The notes under the pieces: model-generated
What the model was told of the DNA's origin: nothing
Seen by the model: only the letters and a program-made list of their open reading frames with translations
Database searches by the model: none
Assembly: GCA_964187785.1 (NCBI GenBank)
Contig: OZ076409.1
Location: forward strand, 20,710,001 to 20,774,000
Length of the DNA: 64,000 nt
From: Amphiscolops sp. MND2022
Lineage: Eukaryota
Direction of reading: 5' to 3'
Shown here: positions 27,632 to 39,440 of the stretch, piece by piece
How positions within the stretch are numbered: the first letter of the stretch is position 1
Layout: the number at the start of each line of letters is the position of its first letter
Made by a program: the position numbers and the translations under genes

Positions 27632-29104
27632 ACATGAGTGTTTTGACTGTATAACTTGTGGACGTCATACTCTACGTGTACACAGTAATTTGGAACTCTT
27701 CCTGTTCTTGATCAGAATTTGATGGCAGATACAAAAATGGTATTTTCGACTGTTCCGGCTACAATTGCCAAGTAATGATTTCAGCAGATGGTTTTAGCAA
27801 CTAAAATTTCACCAATACATCATTCAACAAGTCAAATTAGTAAAGAAAGGCCTCAATTAAGCATGCTTAATCAATTTATTATCTCTACTATTGACAACTA
27901 CTGCAAATTTGTTAACAGACATCATTTTTATTGAGATTGGCCATTTCTGTCAAAATCAAACCAGCCAATCAGATCGCGTTAAGTGTGATCAGTGAGTGAC
28001 TTGGCTGACTTCTCCTTTATCTTGTTTCATTCTTTGTGCTTGCTTTGACCTCTGAATAGTTGCTTCCGCTCTTTTTTTTCCGAAGAAATTCACCGCTTTA
28101 TTATTGAAGGTATCTGGTTTGTCTGGAACATTTTGAGTGGTCCCCCATTGGACGACAGCCAAGGACGTAAATTACCTCTACACCTGTCGTCAAACCCACA
28201 TAAAGCGTCGGCGCGTACACCTAGAAAACGCTAATCATTTTTGGTAAACCTACTTGGAGAAGCACGAATCTTCAACTGAAAGAATACAACGTGGAAATAC
28301 CAAGCATATTCCACATCTGAATTTTAGGAATTACAGAAATTGACTCGAGTTGTTGAATTTGTCAACTCTGGAATACAGCAGACGACGTCAAAGGTTGATC
28401 GAACTCTTTCAAAATGTCAAGCGACTTTATGCTTTATGACCCAGCAAATACCGTAGACCTTCCGAGTCAATGAAGATGTAGTAGATGACATTTTTGTAAA
28501 ATGAGAAGTAGATATGGAACCAGCTTGTAGAAAACCAGTTTGTAGAATCCAGTTTTTAGAAAAGTGAGGTTCACTTTGAAGATTTTGTTTCTACAAACTG
28601 GACCATGGTATTTTTTACGACCAGTTTGTAGGAAAACCGATCATTTTGTAAAAAACAGTTTGTAGAATCCAGTTTGTGAATCGTCATTTCAAGAAGAAAA
28701 CAATAAGACCGATAATGTATGAATGATGCAAAGTACCACTCGAATCTGTCCTTACTTCCTCCAGTGCCCCGCGGCCCCTTGGGGCCGCTTATATTTTTTC
28801 TTGCTAAGCGAGGTCGAACAGGAGCCAAGACCCAGCGGAAACGGAGATCGTGAAGCGAACGTAGTGGGAGCTGGCCTTTGCAACGGTGAGGGCGAGCGTG
28901 CATACATCGGAAATGCCCCAAATTTCTGTTTTTTGATCATATTTCTTCAGATCTTAGGCGATGGAGCTCTCGGGATCTTGTGTGAAAGATGTCCAGTTTG
29001 TAGAATACAATGATCCAATCTGTAGAAAACAATCTACAAACTGGATCACCTAGCACCAGCTTGTAGAATTCTACAAATAGGTATTTCACAAACTGGACCC
29101 AATT

Positions 29105-32100
29105 CGAAAGAAGAACAAGAGGAAGAATTTAATTTGCTTTGGTGTAGTATGTATAATACAATATAGTATTTACTAAGCTCTCGACTTTCGCATTTCTCGT
29201 AATGAGGAGGCAAATATTTTTTCCTTGGATGGTAATTTAGTAGTAACGTTCCACGATACTTCAGAGACTGTCGATGAACTTCCAAACGTAGTTGCGGTAC
29301 ATGAAAGATATTCGTTCTATTACTTCGTGTGAAAATTGATGAGCTCTTATGAGAGAAAAGAGTTTCTACATTTTTATCAATTTTGCCTCTTGTTGAATGA
29401 ACCGCATATATCAATCGTTCACAAACATAGAAGTCATAAGCATTCATTATACAGCTTCGTTCGAACAGCTCATCGGACGGATAACTTCGGTTATTGAAAA
29501 AGATAATTCGCAGTACTTTCGTTTGCAGCAGAGTTTGTCCTTCGATTTGTTTTTCATCATGCAACTGCATACTATAAGACCGAACTGGATCATAGGTTTC
29601 ATGTAACTGTTATAATATCTGACCCATATTGAACTTTTACATATATGTTTCAACCGCAGGCATTACCACTGATACATGTTCAGCCATTTTACCAAGTACA
29701 CTTTGAACATGGGCTCCGAAGGTCAGATTTTTATCCAGGTGAACGCCCAGATATTTCATGGATTTGATGGGAGATGTGGTACTCTTTCCCATTTTCACAC
29801 AGTCATCCCGACAGCTCAAGAAGTGCACAAGCTCTGTCTTTCCAATGTGAAGGCTCATTTGATTTTTTTGCTATCTCATCCACAACGTATATGCTCAACT
29901 TTATCTTGAAAAGACGAAGTAGCATTTTTCGGTCGAATATACACACAGTTAGTATCATCTGCGTACAAGAATGGTACGATATCATCACAAGAGCTTAGCT
30001 TGGAAAATCATTGACGAATATTAGGAACAATAGCGGGCCTATAATCGATTCTTGTGGTACAGCACACTCAATAGCTAGGGTGCTTGAATACTGATGATTA
30101 AGAGCATCGCATTGGGTACGATCATTGATATACGACCTGAACCATTCTAAGCAAATACTTCTCACACCATAGCTCTCTTATTTGAACAGTAAGATTTCAT
30201 GATTCATAGTATCAATATTTTTTCTTAGGTCTAATAGAGTACAGGATACATCAAGATGAATATTATTCCGGATCAGTTCCGTTATGTCCGCTAGTGCTTG
30301 CAATGTACTCAATTTTGATCAGAATCCGAATGGACGAAAACAGAAAACAATTGACGACAGTCTCTCAAAAACTACCCGCTCAAAGACGTTGCTCAGAACC
30401 GATACAATTGATATTGGTTTATAACTCTCACAATTGCTTTTTTTCTCAGATTTAACGATTGGAACAACTTTCGCAGTTTTCAAAAGCTTCGGGAAGACAC
30501 CACTTGATAACGATTCGCTGACAAGGTAGGTCAGTCTATCACAGATCACATCAAGGCTAACCTTTGAAATTTCAACAGTTAGCCCATCTAATCCGGCCGC
30601 TTTATGGTTTCTAATGTTCCGTATATTTTTGGAGGTTTCCAGGGAACCCGTTGAATAGAAAAAAGAGACTTCTCATTATTAGCTAATCCTTCAGTAGCAA
30701 TTGGGACAGTGGGAATTGAAGCGGTTAAAATTTTGCATATCTAAAGGGACTTCTCAGTGAACAAGTTTGACACGGCAAAAAGATCTGTTTTTAAACTTTT
30801 ATAGTTCTTCATCTGACTATCAGTTAGTCGAATCAATTCATTGAAAAAACTTTTAGGCGAGTTCAAGAACCTGGTAAGTCGATCATTAATGTATTCGCAT
30901 TTCTTCGACCGCAGGCGTTCGCAGACGCGATTTCTCATTTTTGTGTAATTCGTTTGGTTAAACGGAATGCGATATCGGTTGTATCTGTTAAGCGCGATAT
31001 TTCGTCGTGTTATGCTTTTCTTTAAATGTTTGTCGAACCAAGTTTCATTTGATTTTGCGAGCGTTTTCTTTGAAAGTGAAAACGTTGACGGCTGTTGTGA
31101 GTGCATCATCCAGACTTTCAGTTAACCTACCTATCGATGTCCTGTTCTAAATTCCACAGTTCCAGACAATGCCCTAAGTAGTTCAAGTATTTCTCTTTAT
31201 GATACTCATATCGACGAAATGGCTTTGTTGCCCTGTTTTGTTAAAAACGAATGGATTGAGATTTTGTTATATCCAAATGACCATAAGTTGCATTATGATG
31301 TGTAATATTGGTTTTGATGACACCAAACTCAAGATTGCTTAGGCAATCATTGTGTTATATGTGATCAAGAAGTGACTTTGAGGTAGGGGTAACACGCGTA
31401 GGTTCTTCAATACCATGATAACACCCATTCAATTTCAAAGAGTTTAAATATTTTTTAACAATTGCAGATAATTCAAGTAGATCGATATTGATGTCACCAA
31501 CAAGAAAACAGTTGCTCATGTGACAACAAGTTTCAAGAAGAACTTCGAAGTGCTCCAAGAAGTACTGTTTATAGACCGAGGGGGAATTGTATAAACAAAG
31601 TAAATTAGTGTTTTCGTTTTTTAGTTTGGTACAACTAAATGCAATGTAATTCAAATCAATTTCAGTGCCAATTATTCTTATTTCAAAATAGTGTGGATTC
31701 ATGAACGTATATTGCCACACCTTCATTTCTATTTTTTCCTGGTTGAAACTTCATTGGTGCATAATTATCTATGTCATAAAGGTCTTCAGCGGGTGATTCA
31801 ACCATCCACGTTTCGGAGCAGCAAGTTAGAGATGGTTTATTCACTCCAAAAGATTCTATCATTGTGTCCAATTCCTCGAAATCGAGGTCGATTGATCTCA
31901 CATTCAGGTCCAGAATCCATTTGTTTTCAACATTATCAGAGGTAACAATTTTGCAAATTTCTTCACGTTTACGCTGTATTTTATTTACGTTTAAATGTAT
32001 AAGTGAGAAGGCCCCGTAACAAAAATGTAAGCTCGTCTTGCAAACAGGATGTATGAAATCTGGATTCCATTCGAAAAATTTTGAACAGATTCTCAGTAGA

Positions 32101-32750
32101 CGAATTTCAGTTTCTCCAGTTTTATAAATGACCACTATCTCATTTAAAATGACAACAGAGTTGACATCGGATCGCAATCTTAACGCTTTGCCTAATCGAG
32201 ACCTCAACAGAGTGATTCCGTCGTTGATAAAGAGTTTTTCTTCACAATCTTTTGTTGAGTTTTTGTTAGCCATCAGCCCCTTTTTGCTGGTCTGCGTACA
32301 ATTTTCACAATGATAGGCGCCCTACATCTTTTTTCAAGTTTCTGCTAGGTACACGGTGACATGCTGGTATCTATTTTTGAAATTTGGTGTCCCACTTTCA
32401 TTGCAACGTCAACAACACCCTCGTCGACTCCTTCTTCACTCCTAATATTCTGACATTATCTCGCCTTCCATACTGCTCGTTAGAATCAGCGTTGAATAGG
32501 CTCCAAAGTTCACCAGTAATTGGGGATTGCTCAGGGTCTTTGGACTGCTTCTCATGAAGCTCCGAAACCTCAGAAGCTGCACAGAAGCCACACAAACAAG
32601 GACGATTCATGAACCCTTTGGGTGTTTTTTGGGAGCCAGGTTTTTTTGGGAGCCAATTCACGCCACACAGCCCTTTCCGTTCTGCCCTTTTCCTATGCGT
32701 TCAATCAGGTATGACGAGCCCTCATCTTCATTTTGACTGGATGATGCAAT
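29105..32750 (-). mobile_element. Near full-length degenerate APE-type LINE (CR1/Jockey group) with RRM-type ORF1
   Basis: ORF1 EQYGRRDNVRILGV and LFINDGIT; endonuclease LNVRS, CSETW, GVAIYV, VGDINID, PTRVT...LLDHI; RT KTAKVVPI, YKPIS, YADD region, YLGVHLD. Confidence 0.9.
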
Positions 32751-33099
32751 TCTAGTAGAAAACATGTTTCTCCGAAACTCTTTATTAAGTTTATCACAAC
32801 ATTTAGGCTACATCAAAGACAAGTTAGGCTACTTCGAAAAGTGAGGATTCGAAAAGATATCACCAGTGAGAGCATCAATAAAATCTAGACATGCTAGACG
32901 AACATTGGGAAGACTTCATGTCAAGAATAGTGAAGATGTCACCAGAGAAAGCAGCAATGTATTCATTAGACTCGAGCGGAACCTGTACATGGTTGATAAA
33001 ATGAAAGTATTCCTTATATGATTCGCAAAAACATTTTTGATTTTTGACTTTTCTCTCCGTCTGTAAATCGATATCTCTGCGTCAACTACCCAAAGGGCT

Positions 33100-33540
33100 A
33101 ATTGGAGAACGCTGCATGAACAAATTGAGATTCAAAATCATTTTCTTACTTGTGAAAAAGTGATCACCACTTAAAATGGCTCTGCAAAATTAACTTGCAC
33201 CATTTCGTTATCCTAGGAAGAATGATTCGAGGCCATCAAAAAAAGTAAATATGAAGAACGCGTCATCAATGTCAAGAAGAGCTCTTTCTGTCCACCGATT
33301 TTTTTCATGCGCCTGAGGCGCAGGCCCATCAGCGACCAAAGCGATGAGAGGAGAAGCTCGCTTCAACAGCGACAAGAGAAACGAGCCTTACGCTGATGCT
33401 GTTTCATACACCAAAACGAAACTGAGTTCCCCCTACTGAGGAGCAGTATTCTCTGCATAAAGGGTTGCATATCACTAAATTCAAAGAGAATACAAGACAT
33501 TGAATGAACACCCTCTATGATTGTAGAAGGGAAGCCATCA
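33100..33540 (+). mobile_element. Degenerate C-terminal RLE fragment of a CRE-like retrotransposon
   Basis: KKSKYEERVINVKKSSFCP...GAGPSATKAM resembles CRE restriction-like endonuclease C-termini. Confidence 0.5.
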
Positions 33541-34317
33541 GCTAATAATTGATGTCTGTATTGAGACCAAAATACAAATGTGTTGAGAAACTTTTCGATC
33601 ATTAGAACATCATCAGTCAAACCTAAACTTAAAAACTTAACACAGAGCTAAAGTTAGCATAGGTTCGTAAAACGAGGTGTAAAGAGAGATACTATCAGAC
33701 AAAGAGACACCATGTGTGAGAGAGAGAGGTGGCTACTGTTTTGAAACGTGAGTTTAGATGTCTGTATTGCTCGGAAACTCAAGAACGCCGTGGTAAAAAT
33801 TGAAAACCTCACAAATTTTTTCACATCCTCTCACATTCTTTTCTATTGTCACTGAATCGTTGCCAAGCACGTCAAGATTAATCTTAATCTTCGTAATTTC
33901 TATGTTTAAATATTTTTGGAACCTTTTTAGTATAGACGAAGTATAGATTTTTATACCGATACTGAATTCAAGTTAACAATATTTCGTTCGAAAATAAAAC
34001 CTACTTCGGCTTTACAAAGGCGCTTGAGAATTGGCTGAGTTTGACAAATGAACTGGAAAGTCCTCTCGATGGAACCCAGAAAAAAATGGACACAACCTGT
34101 GTTCGTCGAAACCGCCTAAAATTTGATTTCTAGAATAAACAACAAACATTCGAAAATTTCTAACGCTCATCAAGGCAGATTTGGGTCTCACTGGCCAAAT
34201 TTCGTTCCTTTCAAGAACCTAGGCCTGAAACTTGATGTTCAGCAGCTTCGAATTTCAATTGGTTTCTTTCTCGGAGCCAACATATGTGTAGCGCATACGT
34301 GCCACTGTGGTAAAAGA

Positions 34318-37300
34318 TCTCAAATACATGATGCAGTGATTAATAATTGAATTGATTGTTGGGATGATACAAATGAAAATGCAAGTGATATATATATATC
34401 AGACCAGTGCCAGACAAGGAATGGAGTCGCTAAGCGTAGTTGTTTGTTTCGTCTCGGCAATGCATTCCAGGATCCCTTACAAGTGAAGTGCTTCCTTGGC
34501 CGCTTTGCTCAGTGCGTGAAATTCTGCTTCTGTCGTTGATGTGGCTACGCATGTCTGTTTCTTCGCTGACCACGAGATTGCGCCACTGCCGTAGCTGAAA
34601 CAGTATCCACTCACGCTTTTGCGGTCGTCCTCCAGCTCGCGTAGTCCGCGTCTGAGTACCCTGTCAAGTGTGCCTCGCAGTTCCGCCAGTATGTGATGAC
34701 CACGTATTCAGTGCCCCTGATGTACCGCAACACATGTTTCGCTGCCTGCCAGTGAACCAGACCAGGTTTTTTCAGGAACATCGGCAAAAAAGATGAGCTG
34801 CAAAGACTAGGTCAGGTCTCGTCGTCATCGCCAGGTAGGAAATGCTCCCCACTGGTCCTGGGTAGTCGCATCCAGCCATCCTAGAAGCATCCTCTGAGCC
34901 GTCTTCCAGCTGGTCGTCTTTGCTGAGTGGACATTTCTCTGGTAAGGCAGTTGAAGCGATCTTGCAGTTGTGCATTACGTACTACGCAGCAAGTTTGATA
35001 TGTACAGCTTGTTGCTCGATTTCAAAACGTCTTGCTCTGCTTTGAATGCACTGCCCAGGAACCACGCAAGGACGCCAAAGTCACCAAATGTGAACTGTTT
35101 GCCGACCTGCGCCTCAAACCATTGTCCAAAGACCTCGTTCGTTGAACCGTAAACGATATCGTCAACCCACACCAGTGCCCAGCAGTGATGGTCGCCCCTC
35201 TTTTGTGTCCATGCTGAAAAGAGTGAAAACCCAGCTGCTCCATTCGATGCGCTAGACACTCGTACCAGTTACAGCGTGACTCTTTGAGCCCGTAAATAAC
35301 CTGTTCAATTTACAGACCATGTCGCCGTCGCCCTGCTTGAACCCTTGTGGCTGCTCTAGAAAAATCTCTTCGTCTATGGGTGCATTGAGGTATGCTGTCC
35401 TTATGTCCTTTTGCCGGAACTTGATGCTGTCTCACGCCGCACGCTACCACCGTCCTCAATGTTGACAGTCTGACCGTTGGTGTGTACGTCTCGTGGTGGT
35501 CTAAGCCAGGTGACTGCGTGAAGCCCCGTGCCACAAAACGTGCCTTGTACTTTCTCACTTTGCCGTCTTCGTTGACTTTCAACGCAAAGTGCCACTTCCC
35601 AGTGATTGGCTGTCGCTGCGTAGGCCGTGAAACCAGAGACCACACCTCGTTTGTCATTAAAGATTTGTACTCTCGCTGCATCGCTGCTTTCCAGTTAGGG
35701 TCAGCCAGAGCCTCAGCCGCGGACCATGGACAATCGATGTTACCAATGCATCGCTGTGTAGTGTCTGGTTCTCGAGCTCGTCCCGCATCACGAAGTCATC
35801 GAATCGTCGAGATTGTATGACAACCCTCCGTTGTCGCCCTGGATCGCTCCTATGCGGCTCTGTGTTTTCGTCCTCGTCTTTCAAGTGTCCAGTGTTTGGA
35901 ACAGTTTCGTCGGCAACTTCTGCTTGCTCAACATCTGGTGAAACCTTCACGTTTTGTAGACCAGTGTCATAATCGCATCCATTGTGAGCCATGTCTGTGT
36001 CGACGGATGTAACGGTTCCTGGGAAGCAGTCCATGTTGAACGTCACGTTCCTTGATGTCCACATTTTGCTCGGCTTTCGCTCGGGAGTTCCACTTCAGTG
36101 CACACGAAGAAACACTTGTTCCTGCTGGAGTAGCCCAGAAGGATCCCCGTCTGGGCCTGGCTGTCCAGTTTCTTCCTGTCATCGGTGAGTACGAACGCTC
36201 GACATCCACAATGCTGCATTTTGCTCAAACTGAAAGAATTTTTCATACGGCCTACTGTTGTGCGCAGAGTGAAAACCTCAGTTTTTGACACACAAAGAGG
36301 TAGCCAAAGCAAAAGACCAGAGGTGGTTTGGCAAACCCGCCGTCTCGAGCATGCACCTCGCTATTGATGTGACAGTGCCCCACACGCGCACGATTTTGCC
36401 ATTCTCTTGTGGAGTGTAAGGCGCTGAGTACTGTTGCTGAATGCCATTCGTGCGACAGACCTCGTTGCAACCCCTTGTTTTGTACTCTTGTGCCCCGTCT
36501 GAGACAAGGGTTCCCGGTGAGGCCACATCCGGAATGAAGAGTTCCAGCTTCTCAACGACCTCGTCTCGTGTATATCGAGAGTGGCTGTCAATGAACCTGA
36601 TTGCATATCGGAAACCCTCGTATTGTATTGGCCCTGATGTATTGGCCCCAGCACATCAGTGTGAACAATGTCCAGCTTCTTCTTCTTCGCTCTCGTGCCC
36701 GATGCCTTGTTCACAGGTACACGCAAGGCCTTTTCTTCCGCGCATGTGTCACAATGCCCTGCTGCTCCCTTCTTTCGGATGAGCATGCCATCGACTAGTC
36801 CCGTCTTGTTTCCAGATTTTGGCTTCCTTCCCGAAGCTGACCATTGCACCCTGCTGGGCTAGCTTCTTCACTGAAATCAGGTTGCTGGTGTAGAAGGCCT
36901 GCTTCAGCTCGAGCTCACACATCCTGCCCTTGCTGTCCAGCACCCACAGAATGCTGTGCCTCCACCTTCTACTCGTGTTCGACTCATTTCGGCATTGCCC
37001 ATATCGGTGATGATTGCCTCGTCGAGGACCTTGAAGAGAGCCCTGTTCTTCAGCATGAACCCGTTGCAACCCGAGTCCACCAATAGCTTAAGTCCTTCCT
37101 TCTCTGAAGCCCGGTCAAAACTTCCGAAGTTGAAGAAGCTTTGCTTTTTTGAATCCAGCTGGTGCCACTGGACTGCCCCTTCTTGCTCTTGCAAGCCCTT
37201 GCAAGATGGCCCTTCGTATTGCACTTGAAGCACGCCCTGCTTTGATTTGACCTGCAGTCCCTCGCTATGTGCCCCACTTTTTAGCACTTGAAGCACCTGA

Positions 37301-38554
37301 TCTTCCTGCTGCTGTTGCCCCCGCTTGAGTGGAAAGCAGTTGAAGCCACGTCAGTGCCAGGCTGTGCTCTCGTGGTGGCGAAGTTGATGAGGTCCTGCTT
37401 CATCTCTTCGTAGCCCTTTAGTGGTCCGAACTTTAGAACCGTGGCGATGCTCTCAAAAGTTGGAGGGAGGCCCTTCAACACCATTGCGCTGAACATCGCA
37501 TTGGAGTTATCTCGTCTGCTTCTTGAAGGTCCAGACGTGTTCCCTCAGCCCTGGTGAGGTAGTCGGTCGCTTTCTCCCCTTGTGCCATCTTCAATCCAGC
37601 CAGCTCAGTGAGCAACGTCTGAATGCAGTGTCTCGCGGTGCTGTGGGTTTTCCAGGCTTCAACCCCGTCTAGTTTGTGAAGGCGGATAATGTTGATTAAA
37701 GCCTTGCCCAAGCACTGAACAAGATCGCACCAGACCAAGAATCGCTGCTTCTTCCGCTCGTCCTCTGCTTTGACCCTGGCAGTTTCTTCTCCCCTCGTCT
37801 CGTCTTTTTTGAAGGCAGGCACAGTCAGCTTGTCCTCGAGGCACTTTCCCAGGTTGAGCATGTGCATCCTCGCCTCGAACTGCTCACTGAACGTCGCAAA
37901 ATCCTCGTCTTTGCCAGAAAAGGAGAGCTTCTCCAACCTCGATTGGGTGGCTGTCATCTCAGCTGCTGAATGCTTGGCTCCACGTCAACTGGTTGATCTG
38001 GGCTGGTTGGGCTGTGATCGTCAAGTTGGTATCGGTCGTCGTCGTTGTATGTCAGTTTGTTTCTTGGCCCATAACCTCTCAAAAAGTAATGCAGTGATTA
38101 TTAATTGAATTAATTGTTGGGGTGATACAATTGAAAATGCAAGCGATATATATCAGACCAGTGCCAGATAAGATGGGAGTCGCTAAGAACAGTTGTTTAT
38201 TTCGTCTCGGCAGGCAGTGCACTCCAGGATCCCTTGAAAGTGAAGTACTTCCTTGGCCGCTTCGCTCAGGGCGTGAAACTCTGCTTCTGTCGTTGATGTG
38301 GCTTCGCATGTCTGTTTCTTCGCGGACCACGAGATTGCGCCACTGCCGTAGCTGAAACAGTATCCACTCACACTTCTGCGGTCGTCCATATATATGTCCT
38401 AACGTTTACAGGTCACAGCAGGTGCCAAAAGAAACAATTCAGTTCACTGTGTGGCAGGTACCTGTCAATTCTGTTATACATTTTGTCCCCCATCCTTTCA
38501 TCGGCTTTCGATCAGCTTGTCAGCTCGTCGACTTCCAGTAATATAATCCCGACA
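34318..38554 (-). mobile_element. Ty1/Copia LTR retrotransposon, degenerate, 5-bp TSD AAAGA
   Basis: TSD 34313-34317 and 38555-38559; 5' LTR 38077-38554 starts TG; gag with two CCHC knuckles, protease LVDSG, integrase HTDVLGP/VSDGAQEY/PQENG, RT YKARFVARGFTQ/VWVDD, RNase H SWSAKKQ...TEAE. Confidence 0.92.
38063..38076 (-). promoter_or_regulatory. Copia PBS (half initiator-tRNA-Met type)
   Basis: Minus strand GGTTATGGGCCAAG directly after the LTR, matching Drosophila copia-type GGTTATGGGCCCAG. Confidence 0.85.
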
Positions 38555-39049
38555 AAAGAGTTGAACGGGACGGCTTACACGGTTTTTCCTGCACCAAGAG
38601 TTCTGGTCTCTTCTCACGTCATGCTAATGTCAATTCTCCCATAAAGCAGACGTTGGGATCTCTCGACTTGCCTTCAATGCTCGAACTGCGTGGACTGTAC
38701 CTAACCGTATGGAACCAGTTTGTAGAAAAACAGTTTGTAGAATCCAGTTTGTAGAAAAGTGAGGTCCAGTTTGTAAAATTTTTTCTACAAACTTGATTCT
38801 ACAAACTGGTTTTCTACAAACTGGTTCCATACCGTTCGGTACAGTCCACGCGGTTCGAGCATTGAAGGCAAGTCGAGAGATTCCGACGTCTGCTTTATGG
38901 GAGCATTGACAGTAGCATGACGTGAGAAGAAACCAGTACTATTGGTGCAAGAAAGACCCCTGTAAGCCGTCCCGTTCAACTATTTTGTCAGGATTATATT
39001 GCTGGAAGCCGACCAGCTGACCAGCTGATCGACAGCCGATGAAACGATG
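38491..39049. repeat. ~560-bp imperfect palindrome (inverted duplication)
   Basis: ~38780-39049 is the reverse complement of 38491-~38760. Confidence 0.9.
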
Positions 39050-39440
39050 TTCGTACAATTCTTGAATTGAAGAAAAACAATAAGACCAATTTTGTGTGAA
39101 TGTTGCAAAGTATGAACCGTGCCTCGGATATGTCCCTATTTCCTCTAGTGCCCCGCGGCCCCTTGGGGCCGCTTATGTCCCCATCTTGATAAGCGAGGTC
39201 GAACAGGAGCAAAGACCTAGCGGGAACGGAGATCGCGAAGCAAACGTAGTGGGAACTGGCCTTTGCGACGATGAGGGCTAGCGTGCATACACCGGAGTGG
39301 CCTTTCATTCCAGTTTATAAATCTCATTCGTTCAAGCGGTGGAGCTCTCAGGATCTTGTGTGAAGGATGTCCAGTTTGTAGAATTTGAATACCAGTTTGT
39401 AGATTTTCTACAAACTGATATTCTACAAACTCGGATTAAG
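38705..39440. mobile_element. MITE (CCAGTTTGTAGAA arms, GC-rich core) with degenerate ~9-bp TSD
   Basis: Host sequence GTACCGAAC (intact at ~43691) appears degenerate on both sides (GTACCTAAC / CTACCGATC). Confidence 0.7.

Larger units (their letters stand above)
25017..30257. repeat. Tandem duplication of a ~2.62 kb composite segment (25017-27631 and 27638-30257)
   Basis: GTGTTTTGACTGTATAAC at 25017 and 27638; paired ORFs (27177/29803 identical, 27011/29637 near-identical). Confidence 0.95.
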
